Below, piece by piece: positions 1-14,487 of a DNA stretch of 64,000 nucleotides (the first letter of the stretch is position 1; each line of letters starts with the position of its first letter). Location: contig OZ024765.1 in NCBI GenBank assembly GCA_964016885.1, positions 5,270,001 to 5,334,000 on the forward strand. The letters run 5' to 3'. The notes beneath the pieces were generated by a model. That model had not been told where the DNA came from. It did not search any database and was given only the letters and a program-made list of their open reading frames with translations. Source of the stretch: Eledone cirrhosa. Its lineage: Eukaryota. A program made the translations under genes and the position numbers.

Positions 1-335
1 TTTATGATGTGTGTCACTGAATAATTCATAACTCTATTACATAGGGAGAGAGAGAGAGCAGCAGAGAGGGGGGGGGGGAATTAGGTCATGATTAGTTGAA
101 CATCAATCAGTTTGGTGTGTCCCTCTATTTACTACTAACCACCCACGGCCCCTACTGAAACAGCTGCCACACTCTCCCTCTCTCCATCTCTACCTCTCTC
201 TCTCTCTCTCTCTCTCCCTGTCTCTTGCTTGACCTCTCTAAGTGGGTGGAAGTTCATTGACACCCACCCACCAATTATATGCATATAATATGTACATATG
301 TATATATCTTATGAACACACACACACACTCTCCCT

Positions 336-398
<63 letters not shown>

Positions 399-750
399 CT
401 TGAGAAGAGGTGAGTCCTGTCAGGTTTTAAGAAATGCTCAAGAAAAGTGTACATGACTCAACAATGTAAACAAAACACCGTAAACCTTCACTTGAAATCC
501 CTTGCTAAACCAACCCCGGCCTACAATCCTGCTTTAGTAAACCAACTATGGACCACAATAGCCACCAAATGGGGGAAGACAGGTGTTATCAAGCTGCAGC
601 TGTCAATATTACCTAGTTTCTGTATAATAGAACTATTATTACCTGCAGTGACCACATTACGTTGTACGTTGTTTGCGTGTCTCAAACTATAAACTCCCTA
701 TATATAAATACACAAGCACACACATACATATGTGTGTGTGTGTGTGTGTG

Positions 751-788
<38 letters not shown>

Positions 789-789
<1 letters not shown>

Positions 790-982
790 GAAGGAAATGT
801 GGTAAGGAACCAGGTGGACCATAACGCACCAAAGTACTCAATACTTAGGGTAGTAGAGTGGGTAATAGGAACGAGTAGGACCCCGACGGCTGAGCTCAAG
901 CCGTTTCGACGTTTCGAGCTCAGTCCAGAATTAGCCGTCGAAACGGCTTGAGCTCAGCCGTCGGGGTCCTACTCGTTCCTAT
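789..982 (-). mobile_element. Fold-back mini-element family A in (TA)n (probable Penelope-like pLTR derivative)
   Basis: Inverted arms ~865-911/936-982 plus a one-sided extension 789-865; flanked by (TA)n. Homologous copies at 2631-2840, 5213-5325, 11781-11921, 21712-21912, 27319-27430, 36835-36932. Confidence 0.7.
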
Positions 983-1202
983 ATATATATATATATACAC
1001 CCATGTATGTGTATATATGCAGTGTCTACAGTGCTAAGCCCGGAAAGACCGCTCATTACAGTCGTGCTCAATGCCACAGCAACAAAAGACGATGCAGAGT
1101 TGGTATATATATATATTTAGCAAGGAACTATTCTAGCGTGAAATCCTACCGTTTCTGCTCGTGACTTCACACATACAGAAATATATGATAGGGGAGAACC
1201 AC

Positions 1203-1233
<31 letters not shown>

Positions 1234-2124
1234 GAAAAGGTGGCTAGCTGAGGAGAGAGGTTGATGGGGTGTCCACCATCTTCTGAATTCGTGGTATCGA
1301 TGTGGTTTTTATTTTCACTTTATTAATCCAGTAGGTTATATATGGGAAAGAAAGAAAGGAACCACCCATCACCGCAGGCTCTATTGAGAAAACCCCTTTT
1401 TCTCTTAACAACAGCAGCAGTTACTCCCCGTTTATATCTACCGCCACATTCACCTATTTTTTGTTTTCTTTTCTTTTTCTTTTTCTTTTTCTTTTTCTTT
1501 ATTTTCTTCTTCTTCACCAGCATCTCGCTATCATTGCCACCAACAACATCATCACCATCATCACTACCATCACCACCCACATCATCATCACCGCCATCAG
1601 CATCACTACCATCATCATCACCATCATCTGGTCTCTTGTTTTTACACCACACTTCCAATTTTAACCTTTTTCTTCTTCTTCGCCACACCCAACAGTCTCC
1701 CTCTCTCTCTCTCTCTCCCCCCTCTCTCTCCCAGTCTCTCAACCCCTCCCCTTCTCTCTCCCGTGTCACCACACTATTTTGATGTGCCACCTCAGTAAAA
1801 GGCGGCACACGTGTCTCTCTACTTCCTCCGTGTCTCCGTGTCTCAGTGTGTCACCTCACGCAGGCGTCACGACTCTTCATCGACGCCGCAGGCAACCCTG
1901 GCCGAAATATTATAGAGATAACATTTACAAACAAAACATTGACACACACACACACTCTCACACACAGACACAGACACATACACACACTCTCACACAGACA
2001 CACACACACACACACACAGACAGACAGACAGACACACACTCGCACACACACACACACACACGCATATATATACACACACACAAATATATATTATATATAT
2101 ATTATATACACATATATATATATA

Positions 2125-2306
2125 ACGAATCAGCAACATCTGTAAAGCGTCAGACACCATGCATAGAGTTATGACCCTTTACCTTCTGAGTTCAAATCCC
2201 GCCGAGGTTAACTTTGTCTTTCATCCTTACGGGGTCGATAAAATAAAGTACCAGTAATGCACTGGGTAATTGCTGGCCTTGTGCCTAAAGTAGAAACAAT
2301 TATTAG
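2125..2306 (+). mobile_element. tRNA-derived SINE (octopus-type)
   Basis: B-box-like GAGTTCAAATCCC, body cctttcatccttacggggtcgataaaataaagtaccag, tail ...aaagtagaaacaattatt; many copies in the window. Confidence 0.8.
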
Positions 2307-2630
2307 TGTTCGATATAACCCTTACGTACATATGTATATATATGTGTGTATATATATGTGTGTATATATATGAGTGTGTATATATATGAGTGTGTATATA
2401 TGTGTGTATATATATGTGTGTGTATATATATGTGTGTGTATATATGTGTGTGTGTATATATGTGTGTGTGTATATATATGTGTGTATATATATGTGTGTA
2501 TATATATGTGTGTGTATATATGTGTGTGTGTGTACATGTGCTTATATTTATGTATCAGTTGTACGCCCTTTCGGCTGTATTGCACTACAGACAAGCAAGC
2601 AATCGCAGAGTTTTATGATATATATATATG

Positions 2631-2837
2631 TATAGGAAAAAGTATGACCCCCGACGGCAGAGCTCAAGCCGTTTCGACGGCTATTTCTGGACTATCTCTG
2701 GAGTCCAGAAATAGCCGTCGAAACGGCTTGAGCTCTGCCGTCGGGGTCATACTTTTTCCTATTTCCCACTCTACTACCCTAAGTATTGAGTACTCAGGTG
2801 CGTAATGGTCCATCTGGTTCCTTACCACATTTCCTTC

Positions 2838-2840
<3 letters not shown>
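2631..2840 (+). mobile_element. Fold-back mini-element family A
   Basis: ~62-bp near-perfect arms (2631-2693/2702-2762), then unique extension to 2840; flanked by (TA)n. Confidence 0.7.
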
Positions 2841-2870
<30 letters not shown>

Positions 2871-2872
<2 letters not shown>

Positions 2873-3310
2873 GATATTAAATAAATGGAAACTATATTTA
2901 TAAAACCATATTTATTTCATTATATATATTTCAGGGATATCATATTAACAATATGCTATGCCTTCCTCAGACAAAATACAATATAAACAGTTTTATAGAT
3001 AAATAGATTTGACATACCGTACAACATCGACTTGTATTTGTTCAACTTTTCAAATACAAGTCGATGTTGTACGGTATGTCAAATCTATTTATCTATAAAA
3101 CTGTTTATATTGTATTTTGTCTGAGGAAGGCATAGCATATTGTTAATATGATATCTCTGAAATATATATAATGAAATAAATATGGTTTTATAAATATAGT
3201 TTCCATTTATTTAATATCGTAAATATACTCCAAATACTTGTCGAGTGCTTTATATCAGTTATAAATATTTACTAGTTGTAACCCAACAATTTAAATATAA
3301 CTTTCCTTGT
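2871..3310 (+). mobile_element. Fold-back mini-element family B with hammerhead-like core
   Basis: ~170-bp near-perfect arms 2871-3040/3051-3221; CTGAGGA at 3121 ... GAAA. Related copies at ~23378-23515 (CTGATGA...GAAA on minus) and ~35690-35850. Confidence 0.7.
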
Positions 3311-3541
3311 ATATATATATATAAGTGTTGAAGTTTCCGTTGAAAAAGTCAGAGGAATGAAGAGTGCTCTTTGTAAGTTACAGAGCTAAATATTTAATGT
3401 ATAATAAACAATACAATATAATTACCTCATTACCAGAGGTTTCCCGAATAAGATGGATACAAGAAACGTCCGCATTCGTTCGTCAGACAAGGCAATTTAA
3501 ACATAGTGAAATATTTGAGAAATCTCCTCATTTATTATACA

Positions 3542-4258
3542 CTAGAAGTGGTACCCGGCGCTGCACGGGATAAGGTATTTTGGAACGTGGGCCGCCAACA
3601 GACCTAATCGTGGAAAAACTGCATGCCTGGACAATATGTAAAGAAAATAAACCGAATATTCTGATGGCTGGATAATCTTTAAGATTTTCCTCGATGAAAC
3701 AGGAAAAATGCAGGTTTTCACCTAATGCGGGCCCTAGTGGATCAAGAAAATGAATTTTTTTATATGCATAATATGCCTTGAAATTTCGGGAAAATCGGCT
3801 AGACATAACGCCTCCAAAGAGCCCTAAGAAGCTGAAAAAAATGAAGTTTTTCACCTAATGCGGGGCCCTAGGCCATAAGAAAGTTGGATTTTCCAGCCTC
3901 GAAAAATTTTTTTTCATTTTTCCAGCCTCGAAAAAAATTTTTTTTCATTAGGCTAGGCTAGGCTAGGCTAGGCTAGGCTAGGCTAGGCTAGGCTAGGCTA
4001 GGTTTAGGGTAGACTAGGTTTAGGCTAGGCTTACCTGGGAAAAAGAAAAATTATTTTTCATTTTTTTCAATTTTTCTGCCTAGAAAAATGAAAAAAATTG
4101 TTTTCATTAGGCTAGGCTAGGCTAGGCAAGGTTTAGGGTATGCTTGGCTAGGCTAGGCTAGGTTTAGGCTAGGTTAGGCTAGACTAGGTTTAGGCTAGGC
4201 TAGCCATGAAAAATAAAATTTTTTTCATTTTTCCAGCCTAGAAAAATGAAAATATATA
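3542..4258 (-). mobile_element. Non-autonomous Helitron-like element (3' end) with internal (TAGGC)n
   Basis: Minus strand ends cccgtgcagcgccgggtaccacttCTAG|T, i.e. GC hairpin plus CTAG terminus. Internal pentamer repeats ~3949-4205. Confidence 0.7.
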
Positions 4259-4281
4259 CCTTTGATATATATATATACTTT

Positions 4282-4312
<31 letters not shown>

Positions 4313-4317
<5 letters not shown>

Positions 4318-4563
4318 CAGAATATTAATAAATGAAGACATTCACATAATCAAAATATATGTTTTATTATATATATTTCGAAGGTACTGTGCTGTTTGTT
4401 CAGTACGTCCTTGTCAGATAAAATACATGAATTCATGTATTAAATCAATTCATTTTTTCATGTATTTTATCTGACGAGGACGTACTGAAAAAAAACCAAA
4501 TATATATAATAAAACATATATTTTGATTATGTGAATGTCTTCATTTATTAATATTCTGAATAT
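4313..4563. mobile_element. Fold-back mini-element family C
   Basis: Inverted arms around ~4445; CTGACGA at 4471; longer, cleaner copy at 20541-20960. Confidence 0.65.
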
Positions 4564-4566
4564 TCT

Positions 4567-4712
4567 GAAATCATCAGGGTATTCCTGATGATTTCGTAGG
4601 AATGAAACGGTTCTGGTCCTGTAGAAGTCATTTCTTTGTTAAATTTCGTTGTTCCCACCCTACTAATGTATTGAGTACCATATTTACTGTGGTTACCCCC
4701 GAATTCACTCGG
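4567..4712 (+). mobile_element. Fold-back mini-element family E with hammerhead-like core
   Basis: gaaatcatcagg-gtatt-cCTGATGAtttc...GAAAcggtTC; homologues ~7815-7960, 11572-11770, 23568-23620. Confidence 0.6.
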
Positions 4713-5047
4713 GATCTCTCTCTCTCTCTCTCTCTCTCTATACATACATGTATGTATGTATATGTATATATATGTCTATGGGAAGTGTATGTGTAGTAAA
4801 GACAGACACCATATTTTCCATAGCACCATCAAACGGAAGTCATGTGGTAGGTCACGTGTGCACACATGCTGACTTACACGTCCATTAGTAAAACCTATAC
4901 ACACCCTTCACCTTTACCTACACACCACCGCACACGCCAATACATGTAAACTGTCACCCTACATGTATGTATGTGTATATATGTCCACACATACGTGTAT
5001 ATATATATATATATATATGCATATATGTATTCATATATTTATATATA

Positions 5048-5085
<38 letters not shown>

Positions 5086-5137
5086 TGTATACACACATAC
5101 ATACATTCATACACATATATATATATATGTATCTGTG

Positions 5138-5214
<77 letters not shown>

Positions 5215-5454
5215 GTTGTGGTAAAAACCAGCTACACCAGAGTACTCGATACTTGGGGTAGTAGAGTGGGTAATATGAAAAGATTCAGGACCCCGACGGC
5301 TGAGCTCCGGCCGTTTCGACAGCTAGACACGTAGGAGCACCGTTGTAGAATTTTAAACCGAGTCCACCCCTCTCACCAAATGAGAGAGGGGGAGAGAGAG
5401 AAAGAAAGTGTATGATAGTGAGGAAGTGAGAAAGAGACTGATAGGAACAATGTG

Positions 5455-5612
5455 TCCCAGCATTAGATTGGTACTTTATTTATCGACCTTAGGTGGATGA
5501 AAGGTAAAGTTGACCTTTCTAGGATTTGAACTCAAAGAGCGCAGATAACTACAACGAATTCTACACAACATTCGTATCCGGCACTCTAACGACTCCGCCA
5601 ATTCGCCACCTT
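5455..5612 (-). mobile_element. tRNA-derived SINE, diverged
   Basis: Reverse complement of the SINE body (gtactttatttatcgacc...gatgaaagg...gatttgaactc). Confidence 0.65.
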
Positions 5613-5634
5613 ACACAGGTACACACTCTTGCAC

Positions 5635-5706
<72 letters not shown>

Positions 5707-6132
5707 GTCTCTGTGTGTGTGTGTCATGCGGCCTTCTCTCCTGTCGAAAATACCCGCCCTATGGGCTTCAACTTTCATCTCTTTTATCGCTAACTTCCTA
5801 TCAGCTGACACTATCACAGTCTGTTCTGACGGAGTTCTCTCACCTTGTCTGCCCTGTCTATCTCTGTCCTCCTCGACTCTTGCCGTGCCCCCGGGGTTTA
5901 ATTTTCTCCCCCTCCCTCCTGCAATCTTCTCTCTACATCAAAGACCTTCCTACCCTCACGACTTAACGACATCCCCGCCCAGTTGACATCACTTGCTGTT
6001 TCTTCCATAACCTTTCTCAATCGGCGGTGTCGACTTGGTAGAGTCGTCCGGGAGTCGGGAAATACCCGTCTCACCGCCGTTCTCAGTTCAAATCCCACCG
6101 TGGTCAACTTTACCTTTCATTCTTTCTCTCCA

Positions 6133-6280
6133 GACCAGTCTATACCAGTCATGACCAGCCTAAACCAGTCTATACCAGTCATGACCAGTCTAAATCAGTC
6201 ATGACCAGTCTAGACCAGTCATGACCAATCTAGACCGGTCTAGACTGACATGACTGGTCTAGACCAGTCATGACCAGTCC
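6133..6280. repeat. 10-bp tandem repeat (gaccagtcat/gaccagtcta) with a local inversion
   Basis: Visible periodicity; follows a SINE head at ~6020-6125. Confidence 0.75.
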
Positions 6281-6878
6281 AACAGTGATAAGAGTCAATT
6301 CTTCACATTTTCTCTTTTTTCTTTCTCTCCCACCCTCTCTCTCACACCCTCTCTCTCTCCCACCCTCTCTCTCTCCCACCCTCTCTCTCTCCCACCCTCT
6401 CTCTCCCACCCACTCTCTCCCACCCTCTCTCTCTCCCACCCTCTCTCTCTCCCACCCTCTCTCTCCCACCCTCTCTCTCCCACCCTCTCTCTCTCCCACC
6501 CTCTCTCTCTCCCACCCTCTCTCTCTCCTACTCTCGCTCTCTCCCCTCTCCCACCCTCTCGCTCTCCCCCCTGCTCCTCTCTCCCACCCTCCCCCTTCTC
6601 CTCTCCTCCTCCTCTCTCTTTATTTGTGTTTAAACTTTGCCAGTGCTCCGATGAATTCAGACAACTATTTGGAAGAAACGATCGTCAGCAATAAAATGTA
6701 TTAAACATAGATTTGATTGTTCTGTACTTTATATTCCTGCTCTGTAATACATCTGATGTTTTTACATTGAGCTATTTTTCATACTAGTAATAAGGTGGTA
6801 AACGAATGAAAAATACTGACCATTCCTGTTTATAATTATATATAGTTTATATATAGATATAAATAATATTATATATAT

Positions 6879-6918
<40 letters not shown>

Positions 6919-7067
6919 ATGGTGTATATATATATATACATGTAATATATATATATATGTGTATGTGTGTGTGTATATGTATATATAATGGTGTATATAT
7001 ATATATATATGTGTATGTGTGTGTATATGTATATATATGTGTGTGTATATATATATATATGTGTGTG

Positions 7068-7121
<54 letters not shown>

Positions 7122-7240
7122 CATATACACACACACATATATATACATATATATATATATATATACATACACACACACATATATACATATACATATATAT
7201 ATATACATATATTATACACACACACATATATGTATATATA

Positions 7241-7271
<31 letters not shown>

Positions 7272-7306
7272 TTATATACACACACACTTGCATATATATG
7301 TGTGTG

Positions 7307-7344
<38 letters not shown>

Positions 7345-7365
7345 TTATACACACGCACACACATA

Positions 7366-7412
<47 letters not shown>

Positions 7413-7508
7413 GTATATGTTGAGAGCGCTACAGGGATGTTGTATGTATGACTAAAGAAAGTGACATACGGAAATGTGTTAGTGCTCGTGGCGGCCATTA
7501 GCAACCAA

Positions 7509-7523
7509 CGCCACCTAGTGGCC
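7509..7523 (-). promoter_or_regulatory. Candidate CTCF binding site
   Basis: Minus strand GGCCACTAGGTGGCG matches the CTCF core consensus CCACYAGGKGGC. Confidence 0.45.
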
Positions 7524-8096
7524 GCCAGGAAAAACAGGAACAAAAACTTCCAAGGATAAAAAATAATAAAGATTAAATAAGAGTAAAAAAAAATGTATTT
7601 TAAAAACTTGATGGAAGAGAAAAAGACAGAAAAAAACAAGGAGAGAAGATAGAGATGGCAGAGAGGAACTGGGTGTGTGTATGTATGTGTTTGTGTATGT
7701 ATATATGTATGTATGTATGTGGGTGTGTGTATGTATGTCTGTATGCGGGTATGTTTGTATATGTGTATGTTTGTGTGTGTGTATGTGTATGTCGATCCCC
7801 AAATCGTGGGGCGGGGGTAGCCCCAGTTGAAGAAGGTACTCAATATATTGGTAGTGTGTAAACATCATTGTTTGATATAGAATTGGATTTTTCAAGACTA
7901 GAACCGTTTCATGCGAATGAAACGGTTTTAGTCCAGTAAAAGCCAATTCTAGAGTTTCTTCACATATATACAACACAAACATGCGCATACATACATACAT
8001 ACATACATACATGCATGCATGTATACATGCATGTATACATGCATGCATACATACATACATACATACATACATACATACATACATACATACATACAT

Positions 8097-8390
8097 GGTG
8101 GCTGCCAACTCGTTTTCTAGTACGGCCACTACTTTATATCCATGTAGGAGAACCCCTACCGATGTGCTGAACGAGTGTGACTTTTTAGTCCAGCCAGCGA
8201 CTTGAAAACTCTGGTACAAACACTACACCTGTGACAATTATTGACACACAGTGCTGGGCCCATGGTATCATGTGATGACAAGTGCAGAGAGATCTCCAGA
8301 TATAAAGCAATGCCTGTGCCGTGAAGCTTTTATAGTGAGCAAAGGCACTGCACAAAGCCAGTCCCACTCTCTTAACCAAGATGATATTTT
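8097..8390 (-). mobile_element. RTE-derived non-autonomous retroelement (family F), partial
   Basis: Reverse complement of 22665-22985; (tatg)n tail. Confidence 0.75.
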
Positions 8391-8440
8391 CGAAAGTGTC
8401 TGTTGTCATTGTTTTGTTGTCCGAGTTTCTTATGAGTTGC

Positions 8441-8503
<63 letters not shown>

Positions 8504-8934
8504 ATGAGAAGAAAGAGGAATACTGCGTGGTTGCACATGGGTTACATATTATAAAATTAGTCCCTCGTCAGTGATATATATATATATATTATTCAGTTGA
8601 TGAAATCTGGTTGATCAAATGATCTCCCGACATTTTCGTAAACAGATGTAAAGCGCTCAACGATTTGTATTCCTTAGGATTTTCTCTGTAAGGTATAACC
8701 CGGAGTTTTAATATAATAAATAATTGTTTCTACTTTTAGCATAAGGCCAGCAATTATCCCAGTACATTACTGGTACTTCATTTTATCGAAATACGTATAA
8801 TGGAATTATGTAATAAAATGCAGATGTACGAATACAACCATCTCATATATATATATCAGTTTGGGGAGATATAAGCCAAATCGGCTAAGAAACGTCGGCT
8901 TTAACTTATATAGTACCCCGACCATAGGTTTGCT

Positions 8935-9820
8935 ATAGTAATATAGTATATATTACTATAATAGTTTCATAAAACTAGTATAGCAATACATACTATATTA
9001 CTATTATATAGTAGCTACACAGAACTTCTATAGTAGTACATACTATATTACTATTATATAGTAGTTTCATAGAACTAGTATAATAGTACATACTATATTA
9101 CTATTATATAGTAGCTACATAGAACTTCTATAGTAGTACATACTATATTACTATTATATAGTAGTTTCATAGAACTAGTATAGTAGTACATACTATATTA
9201 CTATTATATAGTAGCTCCACAGAACTTCTATAGTAGTACATACTATATTACTATTATATAGTAGTTCCACAGAACTTCTATAGTAGTACATACTATATTA
9301 CTATTATATAGTAGCTCCACAGAACTTCTATAGTAGTACATACTATATTATTATTATTATATAGTAGCTACACAGAACTTCTATAGTAGTACATACTATA
9401 TTATTATTATATAGTAACTACATAGAACTTCTATAGTAGTACATACTATATTACTATTATATAGTAGCTACACAGAACTTCTATAGTAGTACATACTATA
9501 TTACTATTATATAGTAGCTACACAGAACTTCTATAGTAGTACATACTATATTACTATTATATAGTAGCTCCACAGAACTTCTATAGTAGTACATACTATA
9601 TTACTATTATATAGTAGTTTCATAGAACTAGTATAATAGTACATACTATATTACTATTATATAGTAGCTACATAGAACTCCTATAGTAGTACATACTATA
9701 TTACTATTATATAGTAGTTTCATAGAACTAGTATAATAGTACATACTATATTACTATTATATAGTAGCTCCACAGAACTTCTATAGTAGTACATACTATA
9801 TTACTATTATATAGTAATAT
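8935..9820. repeat. 50-bp AT-rich minisatellite (~17 units)
   Basis: Unit tagtagtacatactatattactattatatagtagctccacagaacttcta, with two alternating variants. Confidence 0.9.
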
Positions 9821-9834
9821 AATGGTAAGGATGA

Positions 9835-10225
9835 ACAAGAAAGTTGCTGGGATTTGAACTGGGATTTTCCTTCCATCTTTACGGTGGTCTATAAACAAAA
9901 TATTGGGGTCGATTTATTCAGCCTTACCGTTCCCCCATATTTACTGGCCCTAAAGTAGGAATATATTTGTCTGGGCCCTTTACGTTCTGAGTTCAAATCC
10001 CGCCCAGGTTAGCTCTGCCTTTCACCCTCACAGGCTGGTTAGAATAAAGTACCAGTAATGTACTGGGTTGATTTCTTCGACTTTCCCTTCTCCCAACAGA
10101 TTGTTGCCCTTCTCACTAAATCAGAAACCTTTATCAAGGGCGGTGGATTGGCAGTAATCGGTAGTGCATCGGACATATTGTGTGGCATAGAGCTACGGCT
10201 CTTTACGTTCTGAGTTAAAATGAGA
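9835..10225 (+). mobile_element. Cluster of tRNA-SINE fragments
   Basis: ttctgagttcaaatcccgcc, aaagtaccagtaatg and ggattggcagtaatcggtag SINE motifs. Confidence 0.6.
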
Positions 10226-10888
10226 AATTAATTCATTTGGGTTAATTACAATATATGTACACACACATACACACACACGTGTGTGCGCGCGAAATGTAAC
10301 GAGAGATGAAGAGAGTGTGAGAGAATGGGGTACAGAAAAAGAGAGGTGGTGGATGTAATAGAGAGGGGGGGGGTAAAAGATAGAGAGAGAGAGGGGGGTA
10401 GAAGATATATATATATAGAGAGAGAGGGGGGTAGAAGATATATATATAGAGAGAGAGGGGGTAAAAGAGAGAGATAGAGGGGGAGTAGAAGATAGAGAGA
10501 AAGGGGGTAAAAGAGATTGATAGAGGGGGAATAGAAGATAGAAAGAGTGGGGGTAAAAGAGAGGGCGAGGCTAGAAGATAGAGAGAGGGGTATAAGGTAT
10601 AGAGAAAGAGATTGAGAGAGAGTAAGAGAGGGTAATGAAAGAGAAATTAGAGAGCGAGAGGGAGAAAAGAGAAGGTGGTAGAGAGGGAAGGGAGAGAATG
10701 TAATAGTCAGGGAGGGGGGGATATAGAAAGGGAGGGATGTTGTAGAGAGAGTGAGAGAGATAGAAGGAAGCAATAGAGAGTGGAGGGGGCAGTAGTGTGA
10801 GGAAGGGAGGTAATATAGAAAGGGGGGAAGGAGGCCGCCGTAAAGAGAAAGAAGGGGCAATAGAGAGCGGGGAGAGAGAGAGAGAGCG

Positions 10889-10924
<36 letters not shown>

Positions 10925-11571
10925 GGGGGAGAGATAGATAGAGAGGGATAGGGAGAGAGTGAGAGAGCAGGGAGGTAGGGAAAGAGGGAGAAAGGCAATA
11001 TAGAGAAGGGAAGGAAGGACGCACGAGAGAGAGAGAGGGGGAGCCATAGAGAGAGAGAGAGAGAGTGTGTGAGGGGGAGGGAGAGAGAGAGAGAGGGAGT
11101 GGTAATAGAGAGAGAGGAGGGAGCCATAGAGAGAGAGAGAGGGAGTGGTAATAGAGAGAGAGGAGGGAGCCATAGAGAGAGAGAGAGTGTGAGGGGGGGA
11201 GTGGTAATAGAGAGAGAGAGGAGGGAGCCATAGAGAGAGAGAGAGAGAGAGAGTGTGTGTGAGGGGGAGGGAGGTGGTGGAATCCCAGACAAACATTTCT
11301 CTATATAAAGTCTCTACGACAGCCGTTATCAACCAGCCCGACTACCGAAGTTACATCCGTCTTGTGTATTATATTTAATTAGTTTTACATCCGGGGCTAA
11401 CCCAGTCTACAGTTACAGGTTATTAAGTACATTTTATTTCTGTGTAGGCGCCTCGTTTAATGGTTAGCGCGTTCGGCTCTGGAAGCAGCCGAAAACTATA
11501 AAAACTCGTGAATATAGCTGATGAGCAGGAATCCTCCATGTGCTTGTCTCCTCCAAGTTTTTTGTTTCCTA

Positions 11572-11770
11572 TATAGAAATGACTTCTACAGGATTAGAAC
11601 TGTTTCATTCGTATGAACTCATCAGAACATTCCTGATGATCTCATACGAATGAAACAGTTCTAGTCCTGTAGAAGTAATTTCTATATATAATAAAGATGC
11701 TTATACTCTACCAACATTTTGAGTACATTTTAAACTGGTTACCTCCCGACACAGCTCGGGAAACTACGGG
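11572..11770 (+). mobile_element. Fold-back mini-element family E
   Basis: ~50-bp arms turning immediately 5' of CTGATGAtctcatacgaatGAAAcagtTC. Confidence 0.65.
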
Positions 11771-12104
11771 ATATATATTTATAGGAACGAGTAGGACCCC
11801 GACGGCTGAGCTCAAGCCGTTTCGACGGCTAATTCTGGACTAAATTACCCTATTACCCACTCTACTATTGAGTACTTTGGTGCGTTATGGTCCACCTGGT
11901 TCCTCACCACATTTCCTTCGTTATATATATATATATATATATATTTAGGTTTGAAGGTTCACCACTGGAGAGAGCTGGTCTATTCCGTATGGTCAATCTT
12001 GATGTAATAATAAATATATTTTTAATTTCATTCGCACCGTTTCCTTTCGCTATATGTCTCTCCACCACTCCCCTACACACTCTTTGAACTCTGTTCCCAC
12101 ACAC

Positions 12105-12142
12105 TTCTCACCTGAGGAAGGGCTTATGCCCGAAACGTCGTT
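12105..12142 (+). ncRNA. Minimal hammerhead ribozyme-like motif (PLE type), stem I degenerate
   Basis: CTGAGGA-a-gggc-ttat-gccc-GAAA-cgtcg-TT within a TA-flanked element ~11947-12230. Confidence 0.5.
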
Positions 12143-12228
12143 CCCCATCACCACCCCACTCTCAAGAGCGTGGAATTAATAAACATTCGTTGTACTGCCT
12201 CTCTGTTTTGTTCCTGTTCAAATTTTCC

Positions 12229-12284
<56 letters not shown>

Positions 12285-12674
12285 AAGAATCAAAGAACTG
12301 TTCAAAACATTATTGTGCTTACAGCTGTTTCCTCCAAACCGAGGTTTGGATTCTTCGGAGCAATTTATTAATGAATGGACAGTTATATGACCCCCTTTTC
12401 AGCCAAGAGACATACCGATACATATGCAAATATTGTGGGTCAACATTCATTACAGAATTTAGAGTGGCAGTACACACTTCGAGATTACATTCATATTAAA
12501 TTATTAATTAATTAAAAGTATTAATTAATTAATACTATATATATATATATATAGGAATTGCGTATTTCTAAAGAAATACGGTATGTTTATAAATAAACAT
12601 TTAGAAAGCCGTAACTATGCAATAACACCGGCGGCTACTGCCACCTGGCTGTGACCAGCAGAAGCAAGGGGTAC

Positions 12675-12720
12675 AATCGTCGATGCATTTCGAACTGAAC
12701 TGGTACTCATCAGGACGATC
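12675..12720 (-). ncRNA. Type I hammerhead ribozyme (minimal, PLE type)
   Basis: Minus: atcgtc-CTGATGA-gtaccagttcagttc-GAAA-tgca-TC-gacgat. 6-bp stem I, palindromic ATGCAT stem III, AUC cleavage triplet. Confidence 0.7.
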
Positions 12721-12992
12721 CCTCTGGCTTTTGCAACTATTGGACTTGAAAACAAGCGAAAATATATGGTTTTCTCATCTGTGTAAATACCGTCATTAAT
12801 CTCATTCGCATATGAAGCTGTATAGGTCGGCTCAACTTAATTGAATTAGGATTTAGCTTCAAGCAGAGCTGTATTCATACGTATCTGTATAGAACTATGC
12901 TCGAAGCTAAATCCTAATATTATCGTAAACAATGATATGAATAGGTAAATTAACTCGACGTTGTTGATATTATTTTCATTGTTAAATTAATA

Positions 12993-14487
<1,495 letters not shown>

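Noticed and set aside
11295-11450. TATA-like tatataaag after a (GA)n tract as a core promoter
   Set aside because: TATA-like words are ubiquitous here and no downstream gene is evident.
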